DNA from: an uncultured Nitrososphaerota archaeon
GTDB lineage: Archaea; Thermoproteota; EX4484-205; JAAOZP01
Assembly: GCA_964635675.1 (NCBI GenBank)
Contig: CAZWPT010000016.1
Span: forward strand, 18,522 to 82,521
DNA length: 64,000 bases
Direction: 5' to 3'
The notes beneath the pieces are model-generated. The model had not been told where the DNA came from and did not search any database. It was given only the letters and a program-made list of their open reading frames with translations. Positions within the stretch are counted from its first letter, which is position 1. The number at the start of each line of letters is the position of its first letter. Below are positions 1-9,943 of the stretch, in pieces. A program made the translations under genes and the position numbers.

Positions 1-13
1 GGCTCAGAAGCCT

Positions 14-922
14 TTGAGAAAATACTGTCTGATCCCGGCGACCCTGACTCCTATGAAAGCAGATTTCGAGGTTGACTACGAGCAGCTGGAGGATTACGTA
101 AAATGGCTGGTTAAACATGGTATCGGAGGGGTTGCTGTCAACGTTGACACGGGTGAGGGCCCCCATCTCTATCCTGAGGAACGCGCCAGTATTTTGAGAC
201 TCTTCTCCAAGATCGTAGCTGGGAGGATACCTGTAATCGCAGGGCTACATGCTCGAAACACTATGGAGGCTGTTAGGCTCGGCCTGCAGGCTAAGGAGGC
301 GGGTGCAGACGGTTTGCTTGTTTTCCCGCATCCAGCCTTCGTAGGCGAGCCGAACAATCATGTGGTATACAACTACCACTCAGAGATATCTGAGAAGGTT
401 GGTTTACCAATGATACTGTTTCAACTGCAGCCAGCCCTGGGCGGCGTAGACTTCAAGCCTGAAACACTGTTAAGACTAGCCAGTATTAGGAGCGTTATAG
501 CGATTAAAGAGGCTTCTTTCGACGCTAGGAAATTCGTCAACGTTGTTCACACTTTGAAGAAAGCCGATAGGAAGATAATGATCCTCACTGGGAATGATAA
601 CTTCATATACGAGTCGCTGGTGCTTGGCGCGGAAGGCGGGCTACTGGGCTTCGGGACGATAGCCGTAGAACAGCAGGTTGAAATGTTTAACTTAATTGCC
701 AAAGGCAGGCTTGCTGAAGCCAGGGAAATATGGGAGGAACTGCTACCCTTGGAGGAAGCCGTTTTCGCTCAGCCGGTTAGAGACTACAGGGCGCGTCTCA
801 AAGAGGCTCTTGTAATGATGGGAGTATTGAAAACATCGTACGTTAGACCACCGTTGCAGCCGGTGCCGAGTGAGGAGAAGGAAGCCATAAGGAAGGCTTT
901 GAAAAGCCTGAGACTATTGTAG
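14..922 (+). CDS. DapA/DHDPS-family class I aldolase (dihydrodipicolinate synthase / KDG aldolase / N-acetylneuraminate lyase-like)
   Basis: 302 aa. N-terminus ...LIPATLTPMKADFEVDYEQLEDYVKWLVKHGIGGVAVNVDTGEG fits the DapA/NAL family pattern (TPf..dg.iD...l..lv..G..gl...GtTGE), and the length is typical. The TTG start at 14 means the true start could lie beyond the window edge. Confidence 0.7.
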   Translation: MRKYCLIPATLTPMKADFEVDYEQLEDYVKWLVKHGIGGVAVNVDTGEGPHLYPEERASILRLFSKIVAGRIPVIAGLHARNTMEAVRLGLQAKEAGADGLLVFPHPAFVGEPNNHVVYNYHSEISEKVGLPMILFQLQPALGGVDFKPETLLRLASIRSVIAIKEASFDARKFVNVVHTLKKADRKIMILTGNDNFIYESLVLGAEGGLLGFGTIAVEQQVEMFNLIAKGRLAEAREIWEELLPLEEAVFAQPVRDYRARLKEALVMMGVLKTSYVRPPLQPVPSEEKEAIRKALKSLRLL

Positions 923-926
923 GGAA

Positions 927-2141
927 ATGGCTGGAATAGACCTTTCAGTCAACATAGCCGGCGTAGAGTTTAGGAATCCCCTGATTGTTGCCTCAGGACC
1001 ATCCACGCTTTCCTCAGAACACATTTTAAAGTGCATAAGAGCCGGTGCCGCGGGAGCCGTTACCAAAACCATAACGTACGACGCAATCCAGCAGGTTCAG
1101 CCGAAGCCGAGGATGCTCGTGGTAAACCCGGAGGATGCTCTTAGAAACAGGTTTTACTCTTTCTACTCTATAGACTTGATGTCAGAGTATAAGCCTGAAC
1201 TCTGGCTTCGGCAAATCAGGGAAGCCAAGAACAGGAGCAGGGCTTACAGGGGTGTTGTAATAGCGAGCATCGCTGGCAGAACATTTGAAGAATGGGAGAG
1301 GCTGGCTAGGCTTGTTGAGGAAGCGGGTGCAGACATGGTTGAGCTCAACCTTTCATGCCCCCATTTAGAGAAGGGCGAGCTAATGGGGAGAGCCGTATCC
1401 TCCAGACCAGGGGAAGTTTCAGAAGTAATCAAGACTGTTAGGCGAGCCACGTCGCTCCCGGTAATAGGCAAGTTGACACCACAGGGTGCGAACCCGGTTG
1501 AACTAGCTAAGACCATGGTTTCCTCAGGGGTGAACGCTCTTGTTTCAACAGCCAGGTTTCAAGGCTTAATCGTCGACCTGGAGACGATGCAGCCAGCCTC
1601 CTGGGGCGGCTTCGGAGGCTACGGGGGGCCTTGGCAAACACCCATCAGCGTCAGCTGGACCGCGCACATAGCGATGGAGAGAATGGGAGTGCCCATAATA
1701 GGCTCCGGCGGGGTCTCAAAGTGGGGGGACGCCGTGCAGTTTATTCTCGTAGGCGCTTCAGCAGTCCAGGTCTGCACAGCGATCATGATAAACGGGTTGA
1801 AGATTATTCCAGAAATACTTGGCGGCATCGAGAAGTGGATGGTTAACAAAGGGTTTCAGAGCATAGCCGATTTCTCAGGGATTTCTCTTGATAAAATCGT
1901 GCCTTTAGAGAAGCTTGAGAGAAGAAAACGCTTCCACGTATTTATAGATGTTGAGAAATGTGTCAAGTGCGGCATCTGCATCAGGGTCTGCCCCTACAAT
2001 GCTTTAATCACTGAAAACGCCGCGAGTATCCCAACACTTGACCAGGAGAAATGCGACAACTGCGGCCTATGCCTATCCATATGTCCGAGAAAAGCAATAA
2101 GCTTCAAGAAAGGGTTGACCGCAGATGAGCAGCCCATTTGA
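927..2141 (+). CDS. Dihydroorotate/dihydropyrimidine dehydrogenase (PreA/PyrD class 1B)-like flavoprotein with a C-terminal 2x[4Fe-4S] ferredoxin domain
   Basis: 404 aa. It has a DHODH-like TIM-barrel N-terminal part (MAGIDLSVNIAGVEFRNPLIVASGP...). The C-terminus has two CxxCxxCxxxCP motifs (CVKCGICIRVCP; CDNCGLCLSICP). It is 4 nt from the upstream gene. Confidence 0.7.
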   Translation: MAGIDLSVNIAGVEFRNPLIVASGPSTLSSEHILKCIRAGAAGAVTKTITYDAIQQVQPKPRMLVVNPEDALRNRFYSFYSIDLMSEYKPELWLRQIREAKNRSRAYRGVVIASIAGRTFEEWERLARLVEEAGADMVELNLSCPHLEKGELMGRAVSSRPGEVSEVIKTVRRATSLPVIGKLTPQGANPVELAKTMVSSGVNALVSTARFQGLIVDLETMQPASWGGFGGYGGPWQTPISVSWTAHIAMERMGVPIIGSGGVSKWGDAVQFILVGASAVQVCTAIMINGLKIIPEILGGIEKWMVNKGFQSIADFSGISLDKIVPLEKLERRKRFHVFIDVEKCVKCGICIRVCPYNALITENAASIPTLDQEKCDNCGLCLSICPRKAISFKKGLTADEQPI

Positions 2142-3207
2142 AAACGGGAGATGGGTGCATCCACTTTGCTGCCCGCTTGAAGCAAGTAGAAACGGCCCCT
2201 TCCTCATCCTTGACGAAGACGCTTTAATGACTATAGATAGCGAGGGTGTCAAGACAAGCAGGGACGACGGGGAAAGCTGGTCTCCCCCAATATCCGTCTT
2301 ACCGGGGATAAAAAGCGAGGAACCCGGCTCATACTACATCTTGCGGACGAAGAGCAAGACTCTCGTAACCGTCTACTTGGATTTCACAACCTATAGGTTC
2401 AGCTGGGATGATGAAAAGGGTGAGCCAAAGGATGATTGCCGGCTGGAATTGTGGGCAGCCCGAAGCCTGGACGGTGGGAAAACTTGGGTTGACAGACAAA
2501 GGCTTTTAGAAGGCTACAACGCTAATTTCTTCGGCTTCATACAGACCAGGAGTGGAAGGATCGTCGCCACGGTTGAGCATTTGACTAGGAACCCAGGCCG
2601 CCTTGTAGCCTGCTCGCTGGTTTCAGATGATGAGGGGGAAACGTGGAGGAGGAGCAATTTCATCGACCTAGGTGGACGAGGACACCATGATGGAGCAATG
2701 GAGCCTACTGTAGCGGAATTGAGCGACGGACGCCTACTCATGCTTATAAGGACAACTCTCGACCGCTTCTGGCAGGCTTTCTCAGAGGACGGGGGAGAAT
2801 ACTGGCGGATCATTAAGCCCAGCCGGATAGACGCCAGCAATTCTCCAGGATACCTACTGAAGTTAAAGAGTAACCGTCTAGTCCTCGTATGGAACCGTTT
2901 AAACCCTGAGGGAAGAGTATGGGAGAAGGCTAAACCAGGACCGGCTTCAGAAAGACCCGTGTCTTGGCACAGGGAGGAGCTTTCAATAGCTTTCTCCGAG
3001 GATGATGGTGAAAACTGGACTAAGCCGGTTGTTATTGCAAGGCAGAGAGGTGGACAGTTAAGCTACCCGTATTTGTTTGAGCGTCGCCCAGGTGAGCTAT
3101 GGATTACTGCGGGCTTTGCCTTCAAAAAAGGATGGCGGGAGCCACTGCCGTTGAGGCTTAAGCTGTTCGAAGAGGATTTTTTAAAGAACATTTTGAAACA
3201 GGCTTAA
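2125..3207 (+). CDS. BNR/Asp-box repeat protein, sialidase (exo-alpha-sialidase, GH33)-like
   Basis: 360 aa with five S-x-D-x-G-x-T/W Asp-box repeats (SRDDGESW, SLDGGKTW, SDDEGETW, SEDGGEYW, SEDDGENW). It overlaps the upstream ORF by 17 nt. Confidence 0.65.
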   Translation: MSSPFENGRWVHPLCCPLEASRNGPFLILDEDALMTIDSEGVKTSRDDGESWSPPISVLPGIKSEEPGSYYILRTKSKTLVTVYLDFTTYRFSWDDEKGEPKDDCRLELWAARSLDGGKTWVDRQRLLEGYNANFFGFIQTRSGRIVATVEHLTRNPGRLVACSLVSDDEGETWRRSNFIDLGGRGHHDGAMEPTVAELSDGRLLMLIRTTLDRFWQAFSEDGGEYWRIIKPSRIDASNSPGYLLKLKSNRLVLVWNRLNPEGRVWEKAKPGPASERPVSWHREELSIAFSEDDGENWTKPVVIARQRGGQLSYPYLFERRPGELWITAGFAFKKGWREPLPLRLKLFEEDFLKNILKQA

Positions 3208-3297
3208 GGCAAGCCTATTGTCTAACCGCTTGCCGCAGCCGCTTTCCAAGTAGAAAAAGTTAATAGAAGCAGAAAACGTGAATCTATACGATGAGGA

Positions 3298-4785
3298 ATG
3301 AAGAGCACTAAAATAGGTTTAACAATGCTTCTTGACGAGAGGAAACATGTTTATCCGAATTATTATGAGAAATGCTACAGGGCTGTTGAAAACTGGGCAA
3401 GGTTCATCAGGGACTCGATAAAGTTTTCAGATGGCGGTTCCCCGGAGACAGTGGTTTCATCGGAACTCGTAAACTCGATAAACTCAGCCAGGAGGGTTGG
3501 AGAGGAATTTATGAGCAAGGGAGTTAGACAAGTAATCCTCGTTTACAACGTCTGGAATTTCCCATACCTAGTTTGGCCTTTTGTTAACACCTTGGGGAAG
3601 GATAAGCCGATACTCAACCTCTCGAACAACGAGGGCAAGTATCCTGGCAACGTCGGCCTACTCGCTACGGATGGTGCTTTGAGGCAGGCTGGCTTCAGGA
3701 CGCATAGGATTGTCGGCGATCCTGATGATCCGGTGGTGAAGGGGAAGGTGAAAAAATGGGTTATGGCGGCAATAGCCGCGACAAACATTAGGAACGAGGT
3801 TTATGGCATGTACGGTGGACATTCTATGGGAATGGAGACGGGCTATTTCCACCTCGTCCCCATACAGAGGTATTTCGGAACCACTGTAAGCCAGGTTGAC
3901 CAGTTGCTTCTGGTTGAGAAAATGAAGGAGATTGATGATCAGGAGGTTGAAAAAGGCTTGAAATGGGTTGAGGAGACGATAGGGGAAATAAAGTATGACG
4001 GAAAAATGCTTACGAGAGAAACACTCGGTAAGCAGATAAGAATGTACCTTGCAGTCAGAAGGATAAACGAGGAGATGGGTTTCGACTTCTGCGGAATAAA
4101 GGGTCAGAGGGAGCTTTCTGAGCACGTGGTTATTCCCGACGTCGCCGAAATGTTGCTTAACGATCCGTATGACTGGAACGGTTTGAAGGAGCCGACTGTC
4201 TGCGCCACTGAGGCCGATTCTTTTGCTGCATTAACAATGCAGATACTGAAGTATGTCAGCGGCGGGCTGCCTGTTCTCTTTATGGATGTTCGACTATACC
4301 ACCCTGACTTAAACGTGTGGGACTTCTGCAACTCCGGTAATCATGCAAGCTGGTATGCTTCAAGAAGCTTCAACCCTAGGGATAATCTGAGAAAGGTTAC
4401 GCTTCACCCCGCGTTAGAACTCTACTTTAAAGCAGGAGGAGCATCCGTCTCGTTCGACGCCGGTCCAGGAGAGCTGACATTCGCCAGACTAGGCTTATTC
4501 AACGACAAGATCTACATGATCATAGTTAAGGGTGAAAGCATAGAGCTCGACGAGGAAACAAGACGGAGGATTAACGCGGAAACCGATCCCACTTGGCCTC
4601 ACGTACATGCTAGGTTGAAATGCTCGTATGAAGAATTCGTCGAAATGTTCCCGGCCAACCATATTCACGCTGTCGCTGGAGACCGTGTTCAAGAACTCAA
4701 ATACTTCTGCGAAATAACTGGTGTAACACCCATCATCCTGGGCGGGGAAGAGCATTCGAAGCCTATTTGGGACATTCTCAAGTAG
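3298..4785 (+). CDS. L-fucose/L-arabinose isomerase family protein (short FucI-like)
   Basis: 495 aa. The N-terminal TKIGLTMLLDERKHVY resembles FucI PKIGIRPTIDGRR, and the C-terminal region (GNHASWY...LTFARLG..DKIYMIIVKGE) has FucI-like composition. I could not verify this without a profile search. Confidence 0.45.
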   Translation: MKSTKIGLTMLLDERKHVYPNYYEKCYRAVENWARFIRDSIKFSDGGSPETVVSSELVNSINSARRVGEEFMSKGVRQVILVYNVWNFPYLVWPFVNTLGKDKPILNLSNNEGKYPGNVGLLATDGALRQAGFRTHRIVGDPDDPVVKGKVKKWVMAAIAATNIRNEVYGMYGGHSMGMETGYFHLVPIQRYFGTTVSQVDQLLLVEKMKEIDDQEVEKGLKWVEETIGEIKYDGKMLTRETLGKQIRMYLAVRRINEEMGFDFCGIKGQRELSEHVVIPDVAEMLLNDPYDWNGLKEPTVCATEADSFAALTMQILKYVSGGLPVLFMDVRLYHPDLNVWDFCNSGNHASWYASRSFNPRDNLRKVTLHPALELYFKAGGASVSFDAGPGELTFARLGLFNDKIYMIIVKGESIELDEETRRRINAETDPTWPHVHARLKCSYEEFVEMFPANHIHAVAGDRVQELKYFCEITGVTPIILGGEEHSKPIWDILK

Positions 4786-4858
4786 AGAAAAATACTTGAC
4801 CCGAGTCTTTCCCCATCCACCATTATTTTTATAAACAGGCTGAAGCCTTTGAAAAAGC

Positions 4859-5905
4859 ATGGAGACCAACTACGACCCTTTAAACATATTTTTAGAAAAG
4901 TATGAGAAGGATATGAGGGTTTTCTCCTTCAATGCCAGAGATCTTTCAGAGTGGAAGTCTTGGCGTCAGGGTTTTAGAAGAAAGCTTACTGAGCTCATCG
5001 GCCTTGATTTCTTCGAATACACCGATATTTCTCCTGAAACAGTTTATAGGAAGAAGTACCCCGGCTACTTTAGGGAAAAAGTAATCCTGAGAAGCGACCC
5101 TTACACCGCAATCCCGGTATACGTCTTGGTCCCGGAGGAGTGTGAAGAGCCTCTTCCCGCCGTGGTGGCTATGCATGGCCACGGCTACGGTAAGGATGAC
5201 CTAGTGGGTATTTGGGAGGATGGGACCGACCGTGTCGACCCCACGTCCAGAGGCTATCAGAAGGATTTCGCACTGGAACTGGTGAAACGCGGGCTGCTCG
5301 TAATAGTGCCGGAGCAGAGTGGTTTCGGAGAACGCAGAACTAGGGAGGACATTACCCGGGGGAGCGAGCAGAGCTCATGTAAACCACTCTCCCTGTGGGC
5401 TTTAATGATGGGGACCACAGCCATAGGTCGGAGAGTATGGGACGCTATTAGAGTGGTGGATTATGCTTTGACTAGAGGAGATGTTGACCATTCAAAAATA
5501 GGCATGATGGGAATATCCGGAGGCGGAACCACGACGCTTTTCACGACAGCACTGGACGATAGAATTAAAGTTGTAGTGATAAGCGGCTACCTAAATACTT
5601 TCAGAAGCAGCATACTGGCGGTGGACCACTGCATAGACAATTATGTTCCGGGAATACTTATATACGGCGAGATGTATGATGTGGCGGCTCTAATCGCGCC
5701 AAGGCCCCTGCTAGTGGAAAGCGGTTCTAAAGATCCAATATTCCCGTTGGAGGCTGCGAAATACGCTTATGAGCAAACACGTAGAGCCTACGCCCTGCTT
5801 AAGGCTGAGGACAGGCTTGACGCAGACTTTTTCGAGGGGAGACATGAGATAAGCGGGAGAAAATCATATGAATTCATGGCGAAATGGCTGAACGAAATCT
5901 CCTGA
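4859..5905 (+). CDS. alpha/beta hydrolase (esterase; dienelactone hydrolase / carbohydrate esterase-like)
   Basis: 348 aa. It has a GxSxG nucleophile elbow GISGGG, an HG-rich oxyanion region (VAMHGHGYG) and a C-terminal His region. Confidence 0.6.
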   Translation: METNYDPLNIFLEKYEKDMRVFSFNARDLSEWKSWRQGFRRKLTELIGLDFFEYTDISPETVYRKKYPGYFREKVILRSDPYTAIPVYVLVPEECEEPLPAVVAMHGHGYGKDDLVGIWEDGTDRVDPTSRGYQKDFALELVKRGLLVIVPEQSGFGERRTREDITRGSEQSSCKPLSLWALMMGTTAIGRRVWDAIRVVDYALTRGDVDHSKIGMMGISGGGTTTLFTTALDDRIKVVVISGYLNTFRSSILAVDHCIDNYVPGILIYGEMYDVAALIAPRPLLVESGSKDPIFPLEAAKYAYEQTRRAYALLKAEDRLDADFFEGRHEISGRKSYEFMAKWLNEIS

Positions 5906-5974
5906 TGCCAGTTAACTTAGAAATGGAACCGTTTCGGCAAAAATTAATTACTACTCTCGAATGTTCACTACAGG

Positions 5975-6781
5975 GTGAAGAACGAGATGAAGATATGGAT
6001 AATGACGGATCTTGAGGGAGTTGCAGGGGTTTTCAGCTTCGATGAGCACGTGAGCCCGAAGGGCAGGTGGTATGATCTCTCGCGAAAACTCTTAACCCAG
6101 GAGGTTAATGCTGCTGTCGAAGGCGCGTTAGAACAGGGAGCGAAAGAAGTGCTTGTAGTCGACGGCCACGGGTGGGGTGGAGTAAACATAGAGGAGTTAA
6201 ACCCTGAGGCTAAGCTTCTCGCAGGCCGGCCCCTCCTACTGCCATGGGGTTTAGAAGAGAGTTTCGAAGCAGCCTTCATGATCGGGCAGCACGCTATGGC
6301 CGGCGTGGAGAAGGCGCACCTGAGCCACACCGAGAGCCATACTGCGATTCAAAACGTTTGGATAAACGGTGTTAAAGCAGGCGAGATAGCTATAGTTGCA
6401 GCCGTAGCAGGATATTTTGACGTTCCACTTGTTTTAGTCACAGGGGATAAGGCGGCATGTCTGGAGGCGGAGGCATTAATACCCGGGTTGGAAACAGTAG
6501 CCGTAAAGGAGGGGTTGAGCCATGGGGCGGCGGTAAGCGTAACACCGGTTAAGGCGAGGATGATGATTAAAGAGGGTGTGAAAAAGGCTATGTTGAAAAC
6601 AAGCATCATACCGCCCTTCAAAGTAGAAAAGCCGGTTGAACTGGTGGTTGAGTTCACTGAAGAAAACAAGAGTTCTGCCGAAACACTGTCTAAAAGAACT
6701 GGCGTGAAAAAGATCGACAATAGAACGATAAAGATAGAGGAGAACGATCTGCTTGAAGCTCTCGAAAGATGGTGGATGTAA
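5975..6781 (+). CDS. D-aminopeptidase DppA family (peptidase M55)
   Basis: 268 aa. The N-terminus MKIWIMTDLEGVAGV matches the M55 signature (MKiyIs.DmEGiaGv), and the length is typical. Confidence 0.65.
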   Translation: MKNEMKIWIMTDLEGVAGVFSFDEHVSPKGRWYDLSRKLLTQEVNAAVEGALEQGAKEVLVVDGHGWGGVNIEELNPEAKLLAGRPLLLPWGLEESFEAAFMIGQHAMAGVEKAHLSHTESHTAIQNVWINGVKAGEIAIVAAVAGYFDVPLVLVTGDKAACLEAEALIPGLETVAVKEGLSHGAAVSVTPVKARMMIKEGVKKAMLKTSIIPPFKVEKPVELVVEFTEENKSSAETLSKRTGVKKIDNRTIKIEENDLLEALERWWM

Positions 6782-6827
6782 CCCTTGTAAAATGTTTTTC
6801 ACAAAACGCCTTTTTGTTTTAAATAGT

Positions 6828-7466
6828 CTATTGTATTGTTGTCAGAAAAGGATTCGTGCTCCTCTCCCTTGCAATCGTTGAGGATGGGCCGTGACCCGGA
6901 TAAATCTTAGTCTCACCGGGAAGAACCATAAGCCTCCTCCCAATGGAATCCATAAGCTCCTTGAATGAGCCCCCTGGCAGGTCGGTTCTTCCGACAGAGC
7001 CTGCGAAAAACGTATCCCCAGTGAAAACGGTGAGGCGGTTGAGCAAAGATATGCTTCCCCTTGTATGACCAGGAGTATGAACAACCCTAAGGCTAATCTT
7101 TCCGAAAACTATCATGCTTCCATCAGTTAAAGTAGCGTCCGGCGTAACTGGTTCATGCCGGATGCCGAACAGAACCTGAAATCCCCGAGCGTCAGTCAAC
7201 ATGGGAGCATCATATTCGTGGATTAAGACTGGCGCGCCAGTCGCCCTCTTCAACCATTCATCCCCCGAAGTGTGGTCAGGATGCCAATGCGTATTGACAA
7301 TATACTTAATGTCTGCACCATATTTCTCTGCTTCACCCATAATAACCTGAAGCTCAGCCTCGCGAGTAAACCCGGGGTCTATTACGATAGCCTGCCGTGT
7401 TTCCGGGCAAACAAGCAGGTAACAGTTGGTTTGCAACACGCCGACTACAAGCTTCCTGATTATCAT
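6828..7466 (-). CDS. MBL-fold metallo-hydrolase (glyoxalase II-like)
   Basis: 212 aa with an HxHxDH motif (NTHWHPDHTSG) plus downstream His and Asp ligands (HTPGHT, GDTFFAG). Confidence 0.7.
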   Translation of the reverse strand: MIIRKLVVGVLQTNCYLLVCPETRQAIVIDPGFTREAELQVIMGEAEKYGADIKYIVNTHWHPDHTSGDEWLKRATGAPVLIHEYDAPMLTDARGFQVLFGIRHEPVTPDATLTDGSMIVFGKISLRVVHTPGHTRGSISLLNRLTVFTGDTFFAGSVGRTDLPGGSFKELMDSIGRRLMVLPGETKIYPGHGPSSTIARERSTNPFLTTIQ

Positions 7467-7608
7467 CTCTTGGGGGAAAAGCCTTCTGCTTTAAAAACCT
7501 ACGTTCCGAATTTCGCTAAACATGCAGAGAATTGTCTGCAAACCCGTGTGATAGCTGAAGCCTAAGAAGAGGGTTTTAAAATCACAGCTATATTCTGGGG
7601 TCGAACCC

Positions 7609-8577
7609 CTAATCCTGAAAAACGTTTTCAACCCACCTTTTCCTACCTGTTTTCACGAGGTGCTCAATCTCTGAGAGGCCTTCTGGAACACCCATCGGCC
7701 CCATTCTAGTAACCTTCAACGCGCCAGCAGCATTGGCGAAATCAAGAAGTCCTCTAAGCCCCCGTTTCTTCAAATAGCCGTATACTGCTGCAGCATCGAA
7801 AGCATCCCCGGCCCCGGTGGGGTCGACCTCTGGAACCATGTAGGCGGGCTCGAAAACAGTCTCCTGCTCACTTATACCCACGGAGCCCTTCTCGCCGATT
7901 TTCACTATTAAAAGTTTCACTCCATACTTGAATATTTCCTTCGAAGCCTCCTCTATATTTCTCTTTCCAGTTAAGTCGAACAGCTCAGCCTTAGAAGTCA
8001 TCACGATTTCAGCAGCTTCCAAAACTTTTTTCGATAGTTTACTTATCATGCGGGGCTCTATCAACTCAGCCCTAAGGTTCGGATCGTAAGTAACCATTAT
8101 ACCCGTCCTGTTCGCTATTTCAACAGCCCTGTAGCAGGATTCCCTGATTTCCTCCCCTATGGAGAGCGTGGAACCCATGATGTGCAGAACCTTGAACATT
8201 TTCACAAAATCCTCGTCTACATCATCCGGCCTGATCCTGGAGGCTGCGGAATGCTTTAAGTGAAACACGAATCTTCTACTACCGTCTGAGAAGTATGTTA
8301 CGAAGGCTATTCCAGTAGTGTATTCTTCACGGGTAAAAACATGCGTAGTGTCAACATTATCAGCAGCCAGCCTTTTCCTTAAAAGACTCCCGAAATCATC
8401 GTTCCCAACAGCGCCGATTATGGCTGATTTCAAGCCCAGCCTGGAGGCAGTGTCTATGAAGATTGCAGGAGCACCGCTTGGAAAAGGGCCAGCATATTCG
8501 CCAGTCTCATAATGAGGCATATCCCTCCCTTTCCTTACGAATTCAACAAGCACCTCGCCCACCGTTAGAACATCCAT
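7609..8577 (-). CDS. pfkB-family sugar kinase (ribokinase / 2-keto-3-deoxygluconate kinase-like)
   Basis: 322 aa with the C-terminal pfkB signature DPTGAGDAFDAAAVYG and an N-terminal Gly-rich substrate lid. Confidence 0.75.
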   Translation of the reverse strand: MDVLTVGEVLVEFVRKGRDMPHYETGEYAGPFPSGAPAIFIDTASRLGLKSAIIGAVGNDDFGSLLRKRLAADNVDTTHVFTREEYTTGIAFVTYFSDGSRRFVFHLKHSAASRIRPDDVDEDFVKMFKVLHIMGSTLSIGEEIRESCYRAVEIANRTGIMVTYDPNLRAELIEPRMISKLSKKVLEAAEIVMTSKAELFDLTGKRNIEEASKEIFKYGVKLLIVKIGEKGSVGISEQETVFEPAYMVPEVDPTGAGDAFDAAAVYGYLKKRGLRGLLDFANAAGALKVTRMGPMGVPEGLSEIEHLVKTGRKRWVENVFQD

Positions 8578-8684
8578 CCCGCATAGTCTCCTCTAAGGAG
8601 GAGCTATAATATTTTTCCTCAACTCGCGAGACTATAAAAAGTTGTAGCTGGTTCCTGAAAACAAAGCTGTTGATAAATGCTTAA

Positions 8685-9929
8685 ATGATGGTATTAAACA
8701 GGAGAGTCGAAATGTCGGCCTCAAGTAGGGAAGACAAGGGGGGAATTGAAAAACGAATGTACTGGTGGCTTGAAGCAAGGTTCGGCATGTTCATCCACTG
8801 GGGGCTCTACGCTATCCCTGCCCGCGGGGAATGGGTCATGTACTGTGAGAGAATACCTAAGAACGAGTATGCGCGTCTCGCTCAAAAATTCAACCCTAAA
8901 AGGTTTGATGCTGAAAAATGGGTTGCGCTTGCTAAGGAGGCTGGCGCCAGATACATGGTTTTAACCACGAGGCACCACGACGGTTTCTGCCTGTGGGACA
9001 GCAGCGTCTCAGACTTTACTTCCGTTAAAACAGCGGCGAAAAGAGATTTCGTAGCGGAGTATGTGGAGGCCTGTCGTAAAGCCGGCATGCGTATCGGCTT
9101 CTACTATTCCCTGCTAGACTGGCGTTGGCCAGCATACTGGGATGGGCCTGAGAAGAATCCGGAGGGCTGGAGAGAGTTTCGGAACTATGTTCACGCCCAG
9201 GTTAGAGAGCTCATGAGCAATTATGGCAAGATAGACATACTTTGGTACGACGGCGCGTGGCCCCACGGCCCGGATGCTTGGCAATCCGAGCAGCTTAACG
9301 CGATGGTTCGCAGTCTTCAACCAGAAATAATAATAAACAACCGGTCAGGGCTGCCGGAGGATTTCGACACTCCTGAACAACGCATAGAAGGGTCTAAAAG
9401 GCCTTGGGAAGCATGCATGACTATAGACGACCTCTGGTGGGGGTATCATCCCGGCGACCCGAATCTAAAATCACCGATGCAGCTTGTGCGAAACCTGGTT
9501 AAGTGCGTCTCCGGAAACGGGAATTTCCTTTTAAACGTGGGCCCTAAGGCAGACGGCACTATTCCACTGGAGCAGGCAGCCAGAATGAGAGCCGTAGGAC
9601 GATGGCTGCGGCGAAACGGGGAATCCGTATACGGTGCTGGCGCCGCGCCCTTCCCACAGCCTCACCTTGGTCAAGTCACCATGAAGGGTAACAGGGTGTA
9701 CCTGCACGTCATGTTCTGGCCTGGAAGAGAAATGTGTGTAGCCGGGATCAAGAACAAGGTTTTAAAGACGTACATGCTGACGAGCGGAAGAAAACTACGG
9801 TTCGAGCAGAAGGAAGACCGCCTTTTCATACGTGGACTACCGTTACGCGCGCCGGATCCAATAGACACCGTGGTTGCCTTAGAGGTTGAAGGCGAGCCTG
9901 AGGCTGCACCACCATCCTTCTGGAAGTAG
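8685..9929 (+). CDS. alpha-L-fucosidase, GH29
   Basis: 414 aa with the GH29 hallmark YMVLTTRHHDGFCLWDS and a WY/WPH-rich barrel. The true start is probably an internal Met (MSASS.. or MYWW..). Confidence 0.8.
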   Translation: MMVLNRRVEMSASSREDKGGIEKRMYWWLEARFGMFIHWGLYAIPARGEWVMYCERIPKNEYARLAQKFNPKRFDAEKWVALAKEAGARYMVLTTRHHDGFCLWDSSVSDFTSVKTAAKRDFVAEYVEACRKAGMRIGFYYSLLDWRWPAYWDGPEKNPEGWREFRNYVHAQVRELMSNYGKIDILWYDGAWPHGPDAWQSEQLNAMVRSLQPEIIINNRSGLPEDFDTPEQRIEGSKRPWEACMTIDDLWWGYHPGDPNLKSPMQLVRNLVKCVSGNGNFLLNVGPKADGTIPLEQAARMRAVGRWLRRNGESVYGAGAAPFPQPHLGQVTMKGNRVYLHVMFWPGREMCVAGIKNKVLKTYMLTSGRKLRFEQKEDRLFIRGLPLRAPDPIDTVVALEVEGEPEAAPPSFWK

Positions 9930-9943
9930 ACGTGTTAACGGCT

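Noticed and set aside
1244-1849. Track ORFs lying antisense or out of frame inside strongly supported genes (for example 1244-1516, 1619-1849, 3658-4125, 16593-17093, 26753-27085, 52697-53110)
   Set aside because: They are fully embedded in or opposite to longer ORFs that have clear family signatures, and they have low-complexity or biased composition. These are typical shadow ORFs.
7590-7615. tRNA T-arm-like sequence GGGGTCGAACCCC immediately after the stop of the pfkB kinase gene
   Set aside because: It forms only a 5-bp/3-nt hairpin. I could not find an acceptor stem, D-arm or anticodon arm on either strand. A second GGGTCGAACC at 43463-43472 is inside a coding sequence (it encodes GSTL), so the similarity looks coincidental. 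It may be a small 3' hairpin, not a tRNA.
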